Assembly: GCA_944392225.1 (NCBI GenBank)
Contig: CALXWB010000005.1
Coordinates: 1-61,987 of the forward strand
Direction of reading: 5' to 3'
DNA from: an uncultured Alphaproteobacteria bacterium
GTDB lineage: Bacteria; Pseudomonadota; Alphaproteobacteria; RF32; CAG-239
Length of the DNA stretch: 61,987 nucleotides
The position numbers were made by a program, and so were the translations under genes. Below, piece after piece: positions 9,060-17,875 of this stretch (positions within the stretch are counted from its first letter, which is position 1; each line of letters opens with the position of its first letter). Under the pieces are notes generated by a model, which saw only the letters and a list, made by a program, of their open reading frames with translations, made no database searches and was not told the DNA's origin.

Positions 9060-9623
9060 TTAAACCTGCATAATATCTTTTTCTTTTCTTGCCAGCTCTT
9101 CATCAATTTTTTTGATGGTTTCATCAGTCAATTTCTGAATCTCATTTTCATATTTCTTTTCTTCATCTTCAGAAATTTCATTATCTTTTTTGAGCTTTTT
9201 GATACCATCCAGAGCATCGCGGCGAACATTGCGCACCGCAACCTTGCCTTGCTCGGCATATTTGCCGGCAACCTTGACCAACTCTTTGCGACGCTCCTCA
9301 CTCAATGGGGGAATCGGAATACGAATGAGCTGACCGTCAGATACCGGGTTCAGACCCAAATCCGATTCACGAATGGCTTTTTCAACCGCTTTGGCCAAGC
9401 TCTTATCCCAAACACTGACCGACAAGGTGCGGGCATCCGGCACGCTGACGGTGCCGACTTGGGATAACGGTGATTGTGAACCATAAGCCTCAACCAAAAT
9501 GCCATCGAGCAGGCTGGCATGAGCGCGCCCGGCACGCAAACCGCCAAAATCTGCTTTCAAAGATTCAAAGCTCTTTTCCATTCTTGTTCTGGCATCATTT
9601 TTAATTTCATTATAATCTGACAT
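9060..9623 (-). CDS. frr: Ribosome recycling factor
   Basis: The ORF is 187 aa with a typical Frr sequence ([30 protein letters not shown]). It sits in pyrH-frr-uppS synteny. Confidence 0.95.
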   Translation of the reverse strand: MSDYNEIKNDARTRMEKSFESLKADFGGLRAGRAHASLLDGILVEAYGSQSPLSQVGTVSVPDARTLSVSVWDKSLAKAVEKAIRESDLGLNPVSDGQLIRIPIPPLSEERRKELVKVAGKYAEQGKVAVRNVRRDALDGIKKLKKDNEISEDEEKKYENEIQKLTDETIKKIDEELARKEKDIMQV

Positions 9624-9635
9624 ATATAGACCTCA

Positions 9636-10346
9636 TTATTTTATTATTGTAAAACTTCCTTTGCCGCAAACGGCGTTTATCAAAGCATTTTCACCTTTTT
9701 GTGCAAAAACCACAATCGGAATGTTGTTTTCTTTGGCCAAGGCCACTGCCGTGATATCCATCACTTTTAATTGTTTTTCAATCACTTCATCAAAAGAGAT
9801 TTCATCATATCTTTTGGCATTGGGATTGGTTTTGGGATCAGAATCATAAACCCCATCGACCTGAGTGGACTTCAAAATCACATTACACTGCATTTCGGAA
9901 GCACGCAAGGCTGCGCCGGTATCTGTGGTAAAATAGGGATTTCCCGTGCCGGCAGCAAAAATGACCACACGTTTTTTCTCCAAATGTCTCAAAGCACGAC
10001 GATAGACATAATGCTCACAAACTTCGGGAATATTCAAACCCGACAAAACTCTGGCCGGGACGTCTATTTTTTCCAACGCATTTTGAATATATAAGGCATT
10101 CATCACGGTGGCAAGCATACCCACATGGTCTGCCACGGTGCGGTTCATGCCTTTGGAGGCTTCTTTGGCACCCCTGAAAATGTTGCCGCCGCCGACAACC
10201 ACACAAACCTCAACCCCGGAATCATAAACCTTTTTTATCTGGCGTGCCAAAGCATCTATCACCTCTGCCGACATGCCAAAGGCTTTATCGCCCATCAGGC
10301 CTTCGCCCGAGAGCTTGAGCATTATTCTTTTATAAATAGGTTTCAT
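9636..10346 (-). CDS. pyrH: UMP kinase PyrH
   Basis: The ORF is 236 aa and carries KRIMLKLSGE, VVGGGNIFRG and FAAGTGNPYFTTD motifs. Confidence 0.95.
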   Translation of the reverse strand: MKPIYKRIMLKLSGEGLMGDKAFGMSAEVIDALARQIKKVYDSGVEVCVVVGGGNIFRGAKEASKGMNRTVADHVGMLATVMNALYIQNALEKIDVPARVLSGLNIPEVCEHYVYRRALRHLEKKRVVIFAAGTGNPYFTTDTGAALRASEMQCNVILKSTQVDGVYDSDPKTNPNAKRYDEISFDEVIEKQLKVMDITAVALAKENNIPIVVFAQKGENALINAVCGKGSFTIIK

Positions 10347-10530
10347 TTGGCCAAATCTTCCTTGTTATAATTTTCTCCAATAATAACGGATTAAATTGCT
10401 TTGTCATCAAGATTTTTCCAGTTTTACTTATAAAAAATAAAATAAACAGCAATAAAAAAATAAAGTTGCAAGATTAAGCGCTTATGTTAAATACTAAAAA
10501 CAGTTTTTAATTTTGTATGAGGAATTTGTC

Positions 10531-11181
10531 ATGAGCATTTCTCTTGCTTTTGTTTTTGCCGCTTTGGGCGGATATCTTCTGGGTTCCGTTCCGTTTGGCT
10601 TGGTTTTAACCCGCATGGCCGGCTTGGGTGATATTCGCAAAATCGGCTCGGGGAACATCGGTGCCACCAATGTTTTGCGCACCGGCAGAAAAGATTTGGC
10701 CCTTCTGACCATTTTGCTCGATGCTTTCAAAGCCGGTATTGCCGCATATTTAGCTTATATTTTGGTGAGCCCGCAACCTTATGTCTTTTTTGGCTGGTAT
10801 ACGCAAACCAACGTGATGGCCGAGCTGATTGCCGGAACTTTCGGCGTCTTGGGACACAATTTTCCAGTCTGGCTCAAGTTTAAAGGCGGCAAAGGCGTTT
10901 CTTCCGCTTTTGGCTTTTTCCTCTTTACCTGCTGGCCGGTTGCCGTTTTGGCCTTGCTTACCTGGCTTGTGATGGCTTTTACTTTCAAATATTCTTCTCT
11001 TTCTGCCATCACGGCCGCTGTTTTGGTGCCGGTTTATGCTTTCTTTTTAACATCCCCCGTGTATGCGCTCTTTTATACCGCCATTGCTTTGCTGGTGCTT
11101 TATCGCCACAAAAGCAACATTGTGCGCTTGCTTAAAGGCGTAGAAAGCAAAATCAACCTCAAGAAAAAGGCTGAAAAATAA
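10531..11181 (+). CDS. plsY: Glycerol-3-phosphate acyltransferase PlsY
   Basis: It has the GSGNIGATNVLRTGRK motif and is a polytopic membrane protein. The ATG at 10531 follows GAGGA; the track start at 10513 is 6 codons upstream. Confidence 0.9.
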   Translation: MSISLAFVFAALGGYLLGSVPFGLVLTRMAGLGDIRKIGSGNIGATNVLRTGRKDLALLTILLDAFKAGIAAYLAYILVSPQPYVFFGWYTQTNVMAELIAGTFGVLGHNFPVWLKFKGGKGVSSAFGFFLFTCWPVAVLALLTWLVMAFTFKYSSLSAITAAVLVPVYAFFLTSPVYALFYTAIALLVLYRHKSNIVRLLKGVESKINLKKKAEK

Positions 11182-12291
11182 ATGCAAACTTCTGCGCAGC
11201 TCTTAGATTGGATCCAACTGATTAACTCTGAAAACGTCGGGCCGGTTACTTTTTACAAGTTGTTGGATTTTTACGGCTCCGCTGAAGCTGCGCTTGAGGC
11301 TCTGCCAAAATTTGCCAAGTATAAACTTTTTCCGCGCGACAAGGCTAAGCGCGAGCTTGATTTGGCTTTGAGCAAAAACATCAAAATCATCTCAAAACTT
11401 TCGCCCTTATATCCGCAGAGTTTGCTTCATTTGGACGATGCGCCGCCGATTTTGTATGTGGCCGGAAATGAAAAACTGCTCAACAAAGAAATTTCTCTTT
11501 CCATTGTGGGGGCGCGCAATGCCTCTATCAACGGGCGCAAAACAGCCTCTCATCTGGCTTATGATTTGACCAACAGCGATGTGCTCATTATCTCCGGCAT
11601 GGCTCGGGGAATCGACTCTGCCGCGCACAAAGGCGCGATGTATGCCAAAGCTCAAAAGGGCGAAACCATTGCCGTGCTCGGCACCGGCGTGGATGTGATT
11701 TACCCTTCGGAAAACAAAAATCTTTATACACAAATCAAAGAGCAAGGCGCCATTATTTCCGAATTTTTGCTCGGCACCGAAGCCCAAAGCAGCAATTTTC
11801 CGCGCCGCAACCGCATTGTTTCCGCGCTCTCACTCGGCACACTGGTGGTGGAAGCCACGCTTCATTCCGGCTCGCTCATCACGGCCAGGCTTGCCGCCGA
11901 ACAAGGCAAAGATGTGTTTGCCATTCCCGGTTCACCCCAAGATGCACGCGCTCTCGGCCCGAACAAACTCATTAAAGACGGTGCGGTGTTGGTTGAAAAT
12001 GTTGATGATATTTTGCAGGTTTTGGCGTTGAATAATCACAAGCAAATTACACAATATGTTGACAAATGCCAAAAAAATGTCGATATTCCTGAATCGTTAA
12101 TGCAAGACGTTTGCCCTTCTGCAAATAATGGTTCATTGCTGGATCTTATCAATCGAGAGGGGATCTATGTTGATGAACTTATTCGCATCAGCGGGCTTTC
12201 TCCGGCCGAAGTTTCTCTCAAACTGCTTGAACTGGAAATGGCCGGAAGAATCGAACGTCAACCCGGAAATAAAGTGGCCCTGATTAAATAG
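11182..12291 (+). CDS. dprA: DNA processing protein DprA/Smf
   Basis: It has the GMARGIDSAAHKGA motif and a Rossmann-like DprA core. dprA-topA adjacency is common. Confidence 0.9.
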   Translation: MQTSAQLLDWIQLINSENVGPVTFYKLLDFYGSAEAALEALPKFAKYKLFPRDKAKRELDLALSKNIKIISKLSPLYPQSLLHLDDAPPILYVAGNEKLLNKEISLSIVGARNASINGRKTASHLAYDLTNSDVLIISGMARGIDSAAHKGAMYAKAQKGETIAVLGTGVDVIYPSENKNLYTQIKEQGAIISEFLLGTEAQSSNFPRRNRIVSALSLGTLVVEATLHSGSLITARLAAEQGKDVFAIPGSPQDARALGPNKLIKDGAVLVENVDDILQVLALNNHKQITQYVDKCQKNVDIPESLMQDVCPSANNGSLLDLINREGIYVDELIRISGLSPAEVSLKLLELEMAGRIERQPGNKVALIK

Positions 12292-12303
12292 GTATGAAAA
12301 ATT

Positions 12304-14757
12304 ATGAAATTAGTTATCGTTGAGTCTCCGGCAAAAGCCAAAACCATTAATAAATATTTGGGTGACGATTATAAGGTTTTAGCCAGTTTCGGTCATATTC
12401 GCGATTTGCCCAGCAAAGACGGTTCGGTGCAGCCCGACCATGATTTTGCCATGACTTGGGAGCTGAGCCCCGGCGGTCAGAAACGACTCAAAGATATTAT
12501 TGCCGCGCTTAAAGACGCCGATACACTCATCCTCGCATCCGACCCGGATAGAGAGGGAGAAGCCATTGCTTGGCACATTTTGGAAGAACTTACCGCACGC
12601 AAAAAAATTGCCGGCAAAAAAATTGAGCGCGTGGTCTTTCACGAAATCACAAAGAAAGCCATTACCGAAGCCATTAAGAATCCGCGCCAGATTGATGAGA
12701 ATCTGGTTTCAGCTTATATGGCACGCCGCGCTCTCGATTATTTGGTGGGCTTTACGCTTTCTCCTGTTTTGTGGCGCAAACTTCCCGGCTCAAAATCTGC
12801 CGGACGCGTGCAATCTGTGGCCTTGCGCCTTATCTGCGACCGCGAAACAGAAATTGAAAAATTCAAAGCCGAAGAATATTGGACCGTTGATGCCGAACTT
12901 TTAACCTCGTTCAAAGCGGTGATTAAATCGCGCTTAATTAATTTGGACGGCAAAAAACTTGAGAAATTTGACCTTAACACTGAAGCTAAAGCCCTTGAGG
13001 CCAAAGCTAAAATTGAGGCGCAAAATTTTGCCGTTTCCAGCGTGGAACGCAAAAAAGCCAACCGTTATCCGGCACCGCCTTTCACCACCTCCACCCTGCA
13101 ACAAGAAGCAGCACGCAAGCTGCGTTTCAGCGCCAAGAAAACCATGCAGGTGGCACAAAAACTTTATGAAGCCGGTATCATCACCTATATGCGTACCGAT
13201 GCGGTTAACCTCTCAGATGAAGCCATTGCCGCTTGCCGTGAAGCCATTGTCAAATATTTTGGCGAGGCTTATCTGCCCAAGCAACCCAAAGAATATAAAA
13301 CCAAGTCTAAAAACGCACAAGAAGCGCACGAGGCTATTCGTCCGGCTCACGTTTCCGACACGCCGAAAAAACTTGAGGGCAAGCTTGATGCCGATGGATA
13401 CAAACTTTATGAACTGATTTGGAAACGCACCGTGGCCTGCCAGATGAACCCTGCCGTGCTTGACCGCGTGGTGATTGACTCCACTTCGGCCGATGGTTTG
13501 ATTTTGCTGCGTGCCAACGGACAAGTCATTGCTTTTGACGGTTTCTTGAAGCTCTATCAAGAAAGCAAAGATGACTCCGATGATGATGACGAAAACCGCA
13601 TTTTGCCGAATGTGAACGAGGGCGAGAATCTTGACAAAGGAGAAATCACGCCGGAACAACACTTCACCACACCGCCGCCGCGCTTTACCGAAGCAAGCCT
13701 TGTGAAAAAATTGGAAGAACTCGGCATCGGCCGTCCGTCTACTTATGCCAGCATTATCTCGGTTTTGCAGGAGCGTAAATACGTGCGTGTGGAAAAGCTC
13801 CGCTTTATCCCCGAAGACCGAGGCCGAATCGTGACCGTGTTCTTGGAAAACTATTTCAAAAAATATGTGGAATATGATTTCACGGCTCAACTTGAGGAAT
13901 ATTTGGATGATGTTTCCGCCGGTGAAATGAACTGGAAAAAACTTTTGGCCAGTTTCTGGGCCAAGTTTATTAAAAACATTTCAGCGGTGCAACCTCTGCA
14001 AATCAGCGAGGTTATCCAAACCATTGACGATGTGTTATCTTACCACCTTTTTCCACCGCGTGAAGACGGTTCTGACCCGCGTATTTGCCCGGAATGCGGC
14101 AAAGGCAGACTGAGCATCAAGCTCGGCAAGTTCGGCGCCTTTATCGGCTGCTCCAACTATCCCGAGTGCAAATATACCAAACCTTTGACCGATGCCATGG
14201 AAGAAGCGGCTAATGATACGCCCAAACCGGCCAACCCCGAAGACAAGACTTTGGGCGCGCTCAACGGTTTGAACGTCTATCTCAAAAAGGGCCCGTATGG
14301 CTTTTATTTGCAATTGGGTGAAGATGCCACGGCCTTGACCGAAAAGCCCAAACGTGTGGCTCTGCCGCGAAATCTGTCGCCTGAGGAAGTGACTTTTGAG
14401 CAAGCCTCAACCTTGCTCACTTTGCCCAAACAACTCGGCAACGGCATTGAAGTCAATATTGGCAAATTCGGCCCATACATCAAGCAAGGCAACAAATCAA
14501 AATCTTTGACCGGCGCCGATAACGTTTTCAATATTACCTTAGAACGTGCCGAGCAGATTTTGCAAAATGTGGCTGAACATCCGGCCGGAAAATCTTTAGG
14601 AATTCACCCCAAAGACAAAAAAGATATCACGCTCAACTCCGGTCGTTACGGTCCTTACATCAAATGGGGCAAAAATAACTATGCCATTCCTAAAGAATAT
14701 AAGGGCAAAGAGCTCACTCTTGATGATGCTTTGAAGATTATTGAAGCCAAGAAATAA
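12304..14757 (+). CDS. topA: DNA topoisomerase I
   Basis: The ORF is 817 aa. It has a TOPRIM N-terminus (LVIVESPAKAKTINKYLG), the catalytic region GIITYMRTD, and a C4 zinc ribbon (CPECGKG...CSNYPEC). Confidence 0.96.
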   Translation: MKLVIVESPAKAKTINKYLGDDYKVLASFGHIRDLPSKDGSVQPDHDFAMTWELSPGGQKRLKDIIAALKDADTLILASDPDREGEAIAWHILEELTARKKIAGKKIERVVFHEITKKAITEAIKNPRQIDENLVSAYMARRALDYLVGFTLSPVLWRKLPGSKSAGRVQSVALRLICDRETEIEKFKAEEYWTVDAELLTSFKAVIKSRLINLDGKKLEKFDLNTEAKALEAKAKIEAQNFAVSSVERKKANRYPAPPFTTSTLQQEAARKLRFSAKKTMQVAQKLYEAGIITYMRTDAVNLSDEAIAACREAIVKYFGEAYLPKQPKEYKTKSKNAQEAHEAIRPAHVSDTPKKLEGKLDADGYKLYELIWKRTVACQMNPAVLDRVVIDSTSADGLILLRANGQVIAFDGFLKLYQESKDDSDDDDENRILPNVNEGENLDKGEITPEQHFTTPPPRFTEASLVKKLEELGIGRPSTYASIISVLQERKYVRVEKLRFIPEDRGRIVTVFLENYFKKYVEYDFTAQLEEYLDDVSAGEMNWKKLLASFWAKFIKNISAVQPLQISEVIQTIDDVLSYHLFPPREDGSDPRICPECGKGRLSIKLGKFGAFIGCSNYPECKYTKPLTDAMEEAANDTPKPANPEDKTLGALNGLNVYLKKGPYGFYLQLGEDATALTEKPKRVALPRNLSPEEVTFEQASTLLTLPKQLGNGIEVNIGKFGPYIKQGNKSKSLTGADNVFNITLERAEQILQNVAEHPAGKSLGIHPKDKKDITLNSGRYGPYIKWGKNNYAIPKEYKGKELTLDDALKIIEAKK

Positions 14758-14791
14758 AAAAACAAGCCCCTGTTTCGGGGCTTGTTTTTTT
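14756..14791. terminator. Bidirectional rho-independent terminator between convergent topA and pepF
   Basis: The stem caagcccc (14763-14770) pairs with ggggcttg (14777-14784). An A-run lies upstream and a T7 run downstream. Confidence 0.8.
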
Positions 14792-14803
14792 ATCGTTTTA
14801 TTT

Positions 14804-16591
14804 TTAACCAAAAACTTTTTTATCCAATCTTTCCAGCTCGTCAATATAGCCCGATATCAACTTCAAGCCAATATTCCAGAACTTGGGATCATTGGGGTTC
14901 AAGCCAAAGGGTTTGAGCAATTTGTCATAATCGGTAATGGCGGTTTTTTCCAGCATTTGCAGATATTTTTTCGGAAAATCTTTAACACTGCCGTCTTGGC
15001 TGACCTGATACAACGAATTGACCAAACAATCGGCAAAAGCATAAGCATAGACATAAAACGGCAGGAAGAAGAAATGTCCGACCTGCAGCCAGATATAGGC
15101 CGAATTTTCATCCACATTGACATAAGGGCCGAGCACGTCTTTTTGCACTTCAACCCAAATCTCGGCCAAACGTTGCTCAGACAATTCTCCTAACTTTCTT
15201 TCTTCATGCGCCTTACTCTCAAAAAAGTGGAAAGCAATTTGGCGGAAAGCGGTGTTAATCATATCATTAACCTTGGAGGCGATTAAGCACAACTTGGTTT
15301 TGTCATCTTTAATGCTTTTGAGCATCGACTGAAAGGTTATCATCTCGCCAAAGACAGAGGCCACTTCTTCCGAGGTCATACGCGAGGTCTCGTTCAAATC
15401 GCCGTTCTTTTGTCTTAAGCGCATATGGCAACCATGACCAAGCTCGTGCGCCAGGGTCAAGACATCATTCTGTTTGCCGACAAAGTTCAGCAATAAATAA
15501 GGGTGTTTGACACTGCCGGTGCCGGCAGCAAAGGCGCCGCTTCTCTTGCCATCGCGCGGGGGAACATCAATCCATGCATTTTCAAAAAACGGCAAAGCGG
15601 TTTCATACAACTCGGGCGAAAACTCTTTATAAGCATTCAACACGGTTTGAACTGCCTCATCCCAGCTATAATGCAAGTCGGCCGAAAAAGGCAACGGCGC
15701 GTTTCTGTCCCAATATTCCATTTTTTTCACGCCCAGCCATTTGGATTTTAATTTATAAAAACGGTGGCTGATGTTTTTGTAATTTGCTTTAACGGTATCG
15801 GCCAGCGCATCCACAACCTTGTCTGACACATTTTCGCTCAAATTGCGCTCGGAAACGGGTTTGCCGTAGCCACGCTTGTTGTCTTCGATGGATTTATCTT
15901 TTATCACCATATTATAAATGAAAGTAAACAAAGCCGCATTTTCTTTGCTGACACGGTTGAGCTCTTTGCCGGCTTTTTCTCTGACTTTTGGGTCTTTATC
16001 CTGCAACAGCTTTGAGATTTCGGCATCGTTATATTCTTTGCCGTCAATCACAAATTTCAGCCGTGAAGATTGTTCTTCATACAAGCGCACCCAAGCGGCC
16101 GATGAGGTGACCGATTTTTCCAGCAAAACTTCTTCCACCGCCTCGCTCAGCTCGTGTTTCTTAAAGCGCAACACTCTTTCAAACCAAGGTTTGTAGAAAG
16201 CAACTTTTTCATCTTTCAGCCATTCTTTGATTTTTTTATCCGGCAATTGGTTGATTTCCAAGGTGAAGAAAACCAGAGGTTTGGCATATTCGGTCAAGGC
16301 CTCAGTGGTGTTTTGATAAAAAGCCATGGCTGCACCGTTTTTCATTTGCGTGCACATATTCAGATATGAAAACTCGCCCAAAATGGTGCCAAGCGTGTCC
16401 AGATGCTCATAGTCTACCAAAGCATTGTAGATTTGTTTGGCTTCCATATCAGCCAGTTTGCCTTTATATTTTTTGGCAAAATCTGCCGCTTTTTTCTTAT
16501 ATTCGGCCAAATCTTTTTTGATTTGCGGATCATCTATGCCCTTATACAAATCTGACAAATCCCATGCCGGGAGCTCATCTTTTTTCTTCAT
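14804..16591 (-). CDS. pepF: Oligoendopeptidase F-like M3B metallopeptidase
   Basis: It has an HELGHGCH zinc motif, an N-terminus of the form WDLSDLY, and a length of about 595 aa. I prefer the ATG at 16591 over the GTG at 16648. Confidence 0.85.
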   Translation of the reverse strand: MKKKDELPAWDLSDLYKGIDDPQIKKDLAEYKKKAADFAKKYKGKLADMEAKQIYNALVDYEHLDTLGTILGEFSYLNMCTQMKNGAAMAFYQNTTEALTEYAKPLVFFTLEINQLPDKKIKEWLKDEKVAFYKPWFERVLRFKKHELSEAVEEVLLEKSVTSSAAWVRLYEEQSSRLKFVIDGKEYNDAEISKLLQDKDPKVREKAGKELNRVSKENAALFTFIYNMVIKDKSIEDNKRGYGKPVSERNLSENVSDKVVDALADTVKANYKNISHRFYKLKSKWLGVKKMEYWDRNAPLPFSADLHYSWDEAVQTVLNAYKEFSPELYETALPFFENAWIDVPPRDGKRSGAFAAGTGSVKHPYLLLNFVGKQNDVLTLAHELGHGCHMRLRQKNGDLNETSRMTSEEVASVFGEMITFQSMLKSIKDDKTKLCLIASKVNDMINTAFRQIAFHFFESKAHEERKLGELSEQRLAEIWVEVQKDVLGPYVNVDENSAYIWLQVGHFFFLPFYVYAYAFADCLVNSLYQVSQDGSVKDFPKKYLQMLEKTAITDYDKLLKPFGLNPNDPKFWNIGLKLISGYIDELERLDKKVFG

Positions 16592-17042
16592 CTTTTTTAT
16601 CCTCTTTTCTGTTTTGCAGTTCTTGATTTTTTCTATCCAATTCTTCACTCAATTTTTGCAAATGTTCAATGGCCAACTCCGGGTGTTCACCCATTTTGCC
16701 ATCAAACCAGGTTGCAGGCACCGGCTCCGGCGTGAAAAAATAATTGCTCCACGGCGCAGGCTGTCTGCCAGCAAGCCAATTTGAAAAACCTTGGCCGATG
16801 ACTTTGACATCACACCAGCTGTTTTTCAAAATTTCTTTGACCAGGCAACTATATTTTTTGTCTTGCGCGCAAGCATATAAATTTTGTGCCAATTGCTCGG
16901 TGCACGGAATAAAGCCTCTTTTTTGCGCATCTTGCTTCGGTGATAACAAAATTATCAAAAAGAAGCTTACAGATATAAATATAATGGCACTAATAAAAAT
17001 GCCAAACCAATAATATCTTATTTTTTGCAAAAAATTTTTCAT
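16575..17042 (-). CDS. Hypothetical membrane-anchored protein (one N-terminal TM, Cys-containing domain, charged C-terminal tail)
   Basis: The ORF is 155 aa. Its start overlaps the stop of the upstream glmU-like gene in an ATGA overlap, and its own stop overlaps the pepF start. I recognise no family. Confidence 0.55.
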   Translation of the reverse strand: MKNFLQKIRYYWFGIFISAIIFISVSFFLIILLSPKQDAQKRGFIPCTEQLAQNLYACAQDKKYSCLVKEILKNSWCDVKVIGQGFSNWLAGRQPAPWSNYFFTPEPVPATWFDGKMGEHPELAIEHLQKLSEELDRKNQELQNRKEDKKDEEKR

Positions 17043-17779
17043 GCTGATTTTTTTCCGTTTCTTTCTTGCAACAGGTGTTCAAGCAAAGCCAGCTCTTCTC
17101 TGGTGTTGGCTGCCGAAGCCTCATAAACCGAACATTCCACCGCGCTGCATTTCCAGCCTTTTTTCAAAGCAATGGCAACGGCATCGGTCAGATAATATTC
17201 GCCGGCGGCATTGTTGTTATCTATGGCATCTAAAATTTCAAACATTTTCTTTCCGTCAAAACACATCATGCCCGAGTTGCAAAACTTGACGGCTCTTTCT
17301 TCTTCCGTGGCATCTTTATACTCGACAATGCGTTCCAGCTCGCCGTTTTTCATAATCAAACGACCGTAACGTGCCGCATCTTCCGGGCAAAAGCCCAAAC
17401 ACACAACGGCATAACCTTCTCTTCTTTTTTGCAAAATTTTTTCAATGGTTTCTTTGGTGTATAGCGGCTGGTCGCCGAAAATGACCAAAACATCACCATC
17501 AAAACCCTTCAAAGCCTCTTTGGCGCATTTGACAGCATGCCCGGTGCCCAGTTGCTTATCTTGAACGCAGGTTTCATAGGGTGCGACTTCTTTTTTGACC
17601 AAATCACCATCGGGAGAAACAACCACCACAATTTTGTTGACCTTTTCTGCCTCCAATGTATCCAAAATGTGTCTTATCATCGGTTTACCGCAAACCGGCA
17701 TCATCACTTTCGGCAAATCTGACTTCATGCGTGTGCCCTTGCCGGCGCCTAATATGATGGCTGCAACTTGATTTTCCAT
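17039..17779 (-). CDS. GlmU-like sugar-1-phosphate uridylyltransferase, N-terminal domain only (no LbH acetyltransferase domain)
   Basis: AIILGAGKGTRMKSDLPKVMMPVCGKPMI, QLGTGHAV and GEYYLTD are colinear with E. coli GlmU residues about 1-235. The ORF stops where the hexapeptide domain would begin. Confidence 0.8.
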   Translation of the reverse strand: MENQVAAIILGAGKGTRMKSDLPKVMMPVCGKPMIRHILDTLEAEKVNKIVVVVSPDGDLVKKEVAPYETCVQDKQLGTGHAVKCAKEALKGFDGDVLVIFGDQPLYTKETIEKILQKRREGYAVVCLGFCPEDAARYGRLIMKNGELERIVEYKDATEEERAVKFCNSGMMCFDGKKMFEILDAIDNNNAAGEYYLTDAVAIALKKGWKCSAVECSVYEASAANTREELALLEHLLQERNGKKSA

Positions 17780-17875
17780 AAATTTTTCTCCTTATATTTT
17801 ATTATAATCTTTTTTTAATGAATATGAGTTTATAGTAGCAGTAGTATAATTTTTGTTAATATCTTCGAGGCTTTT

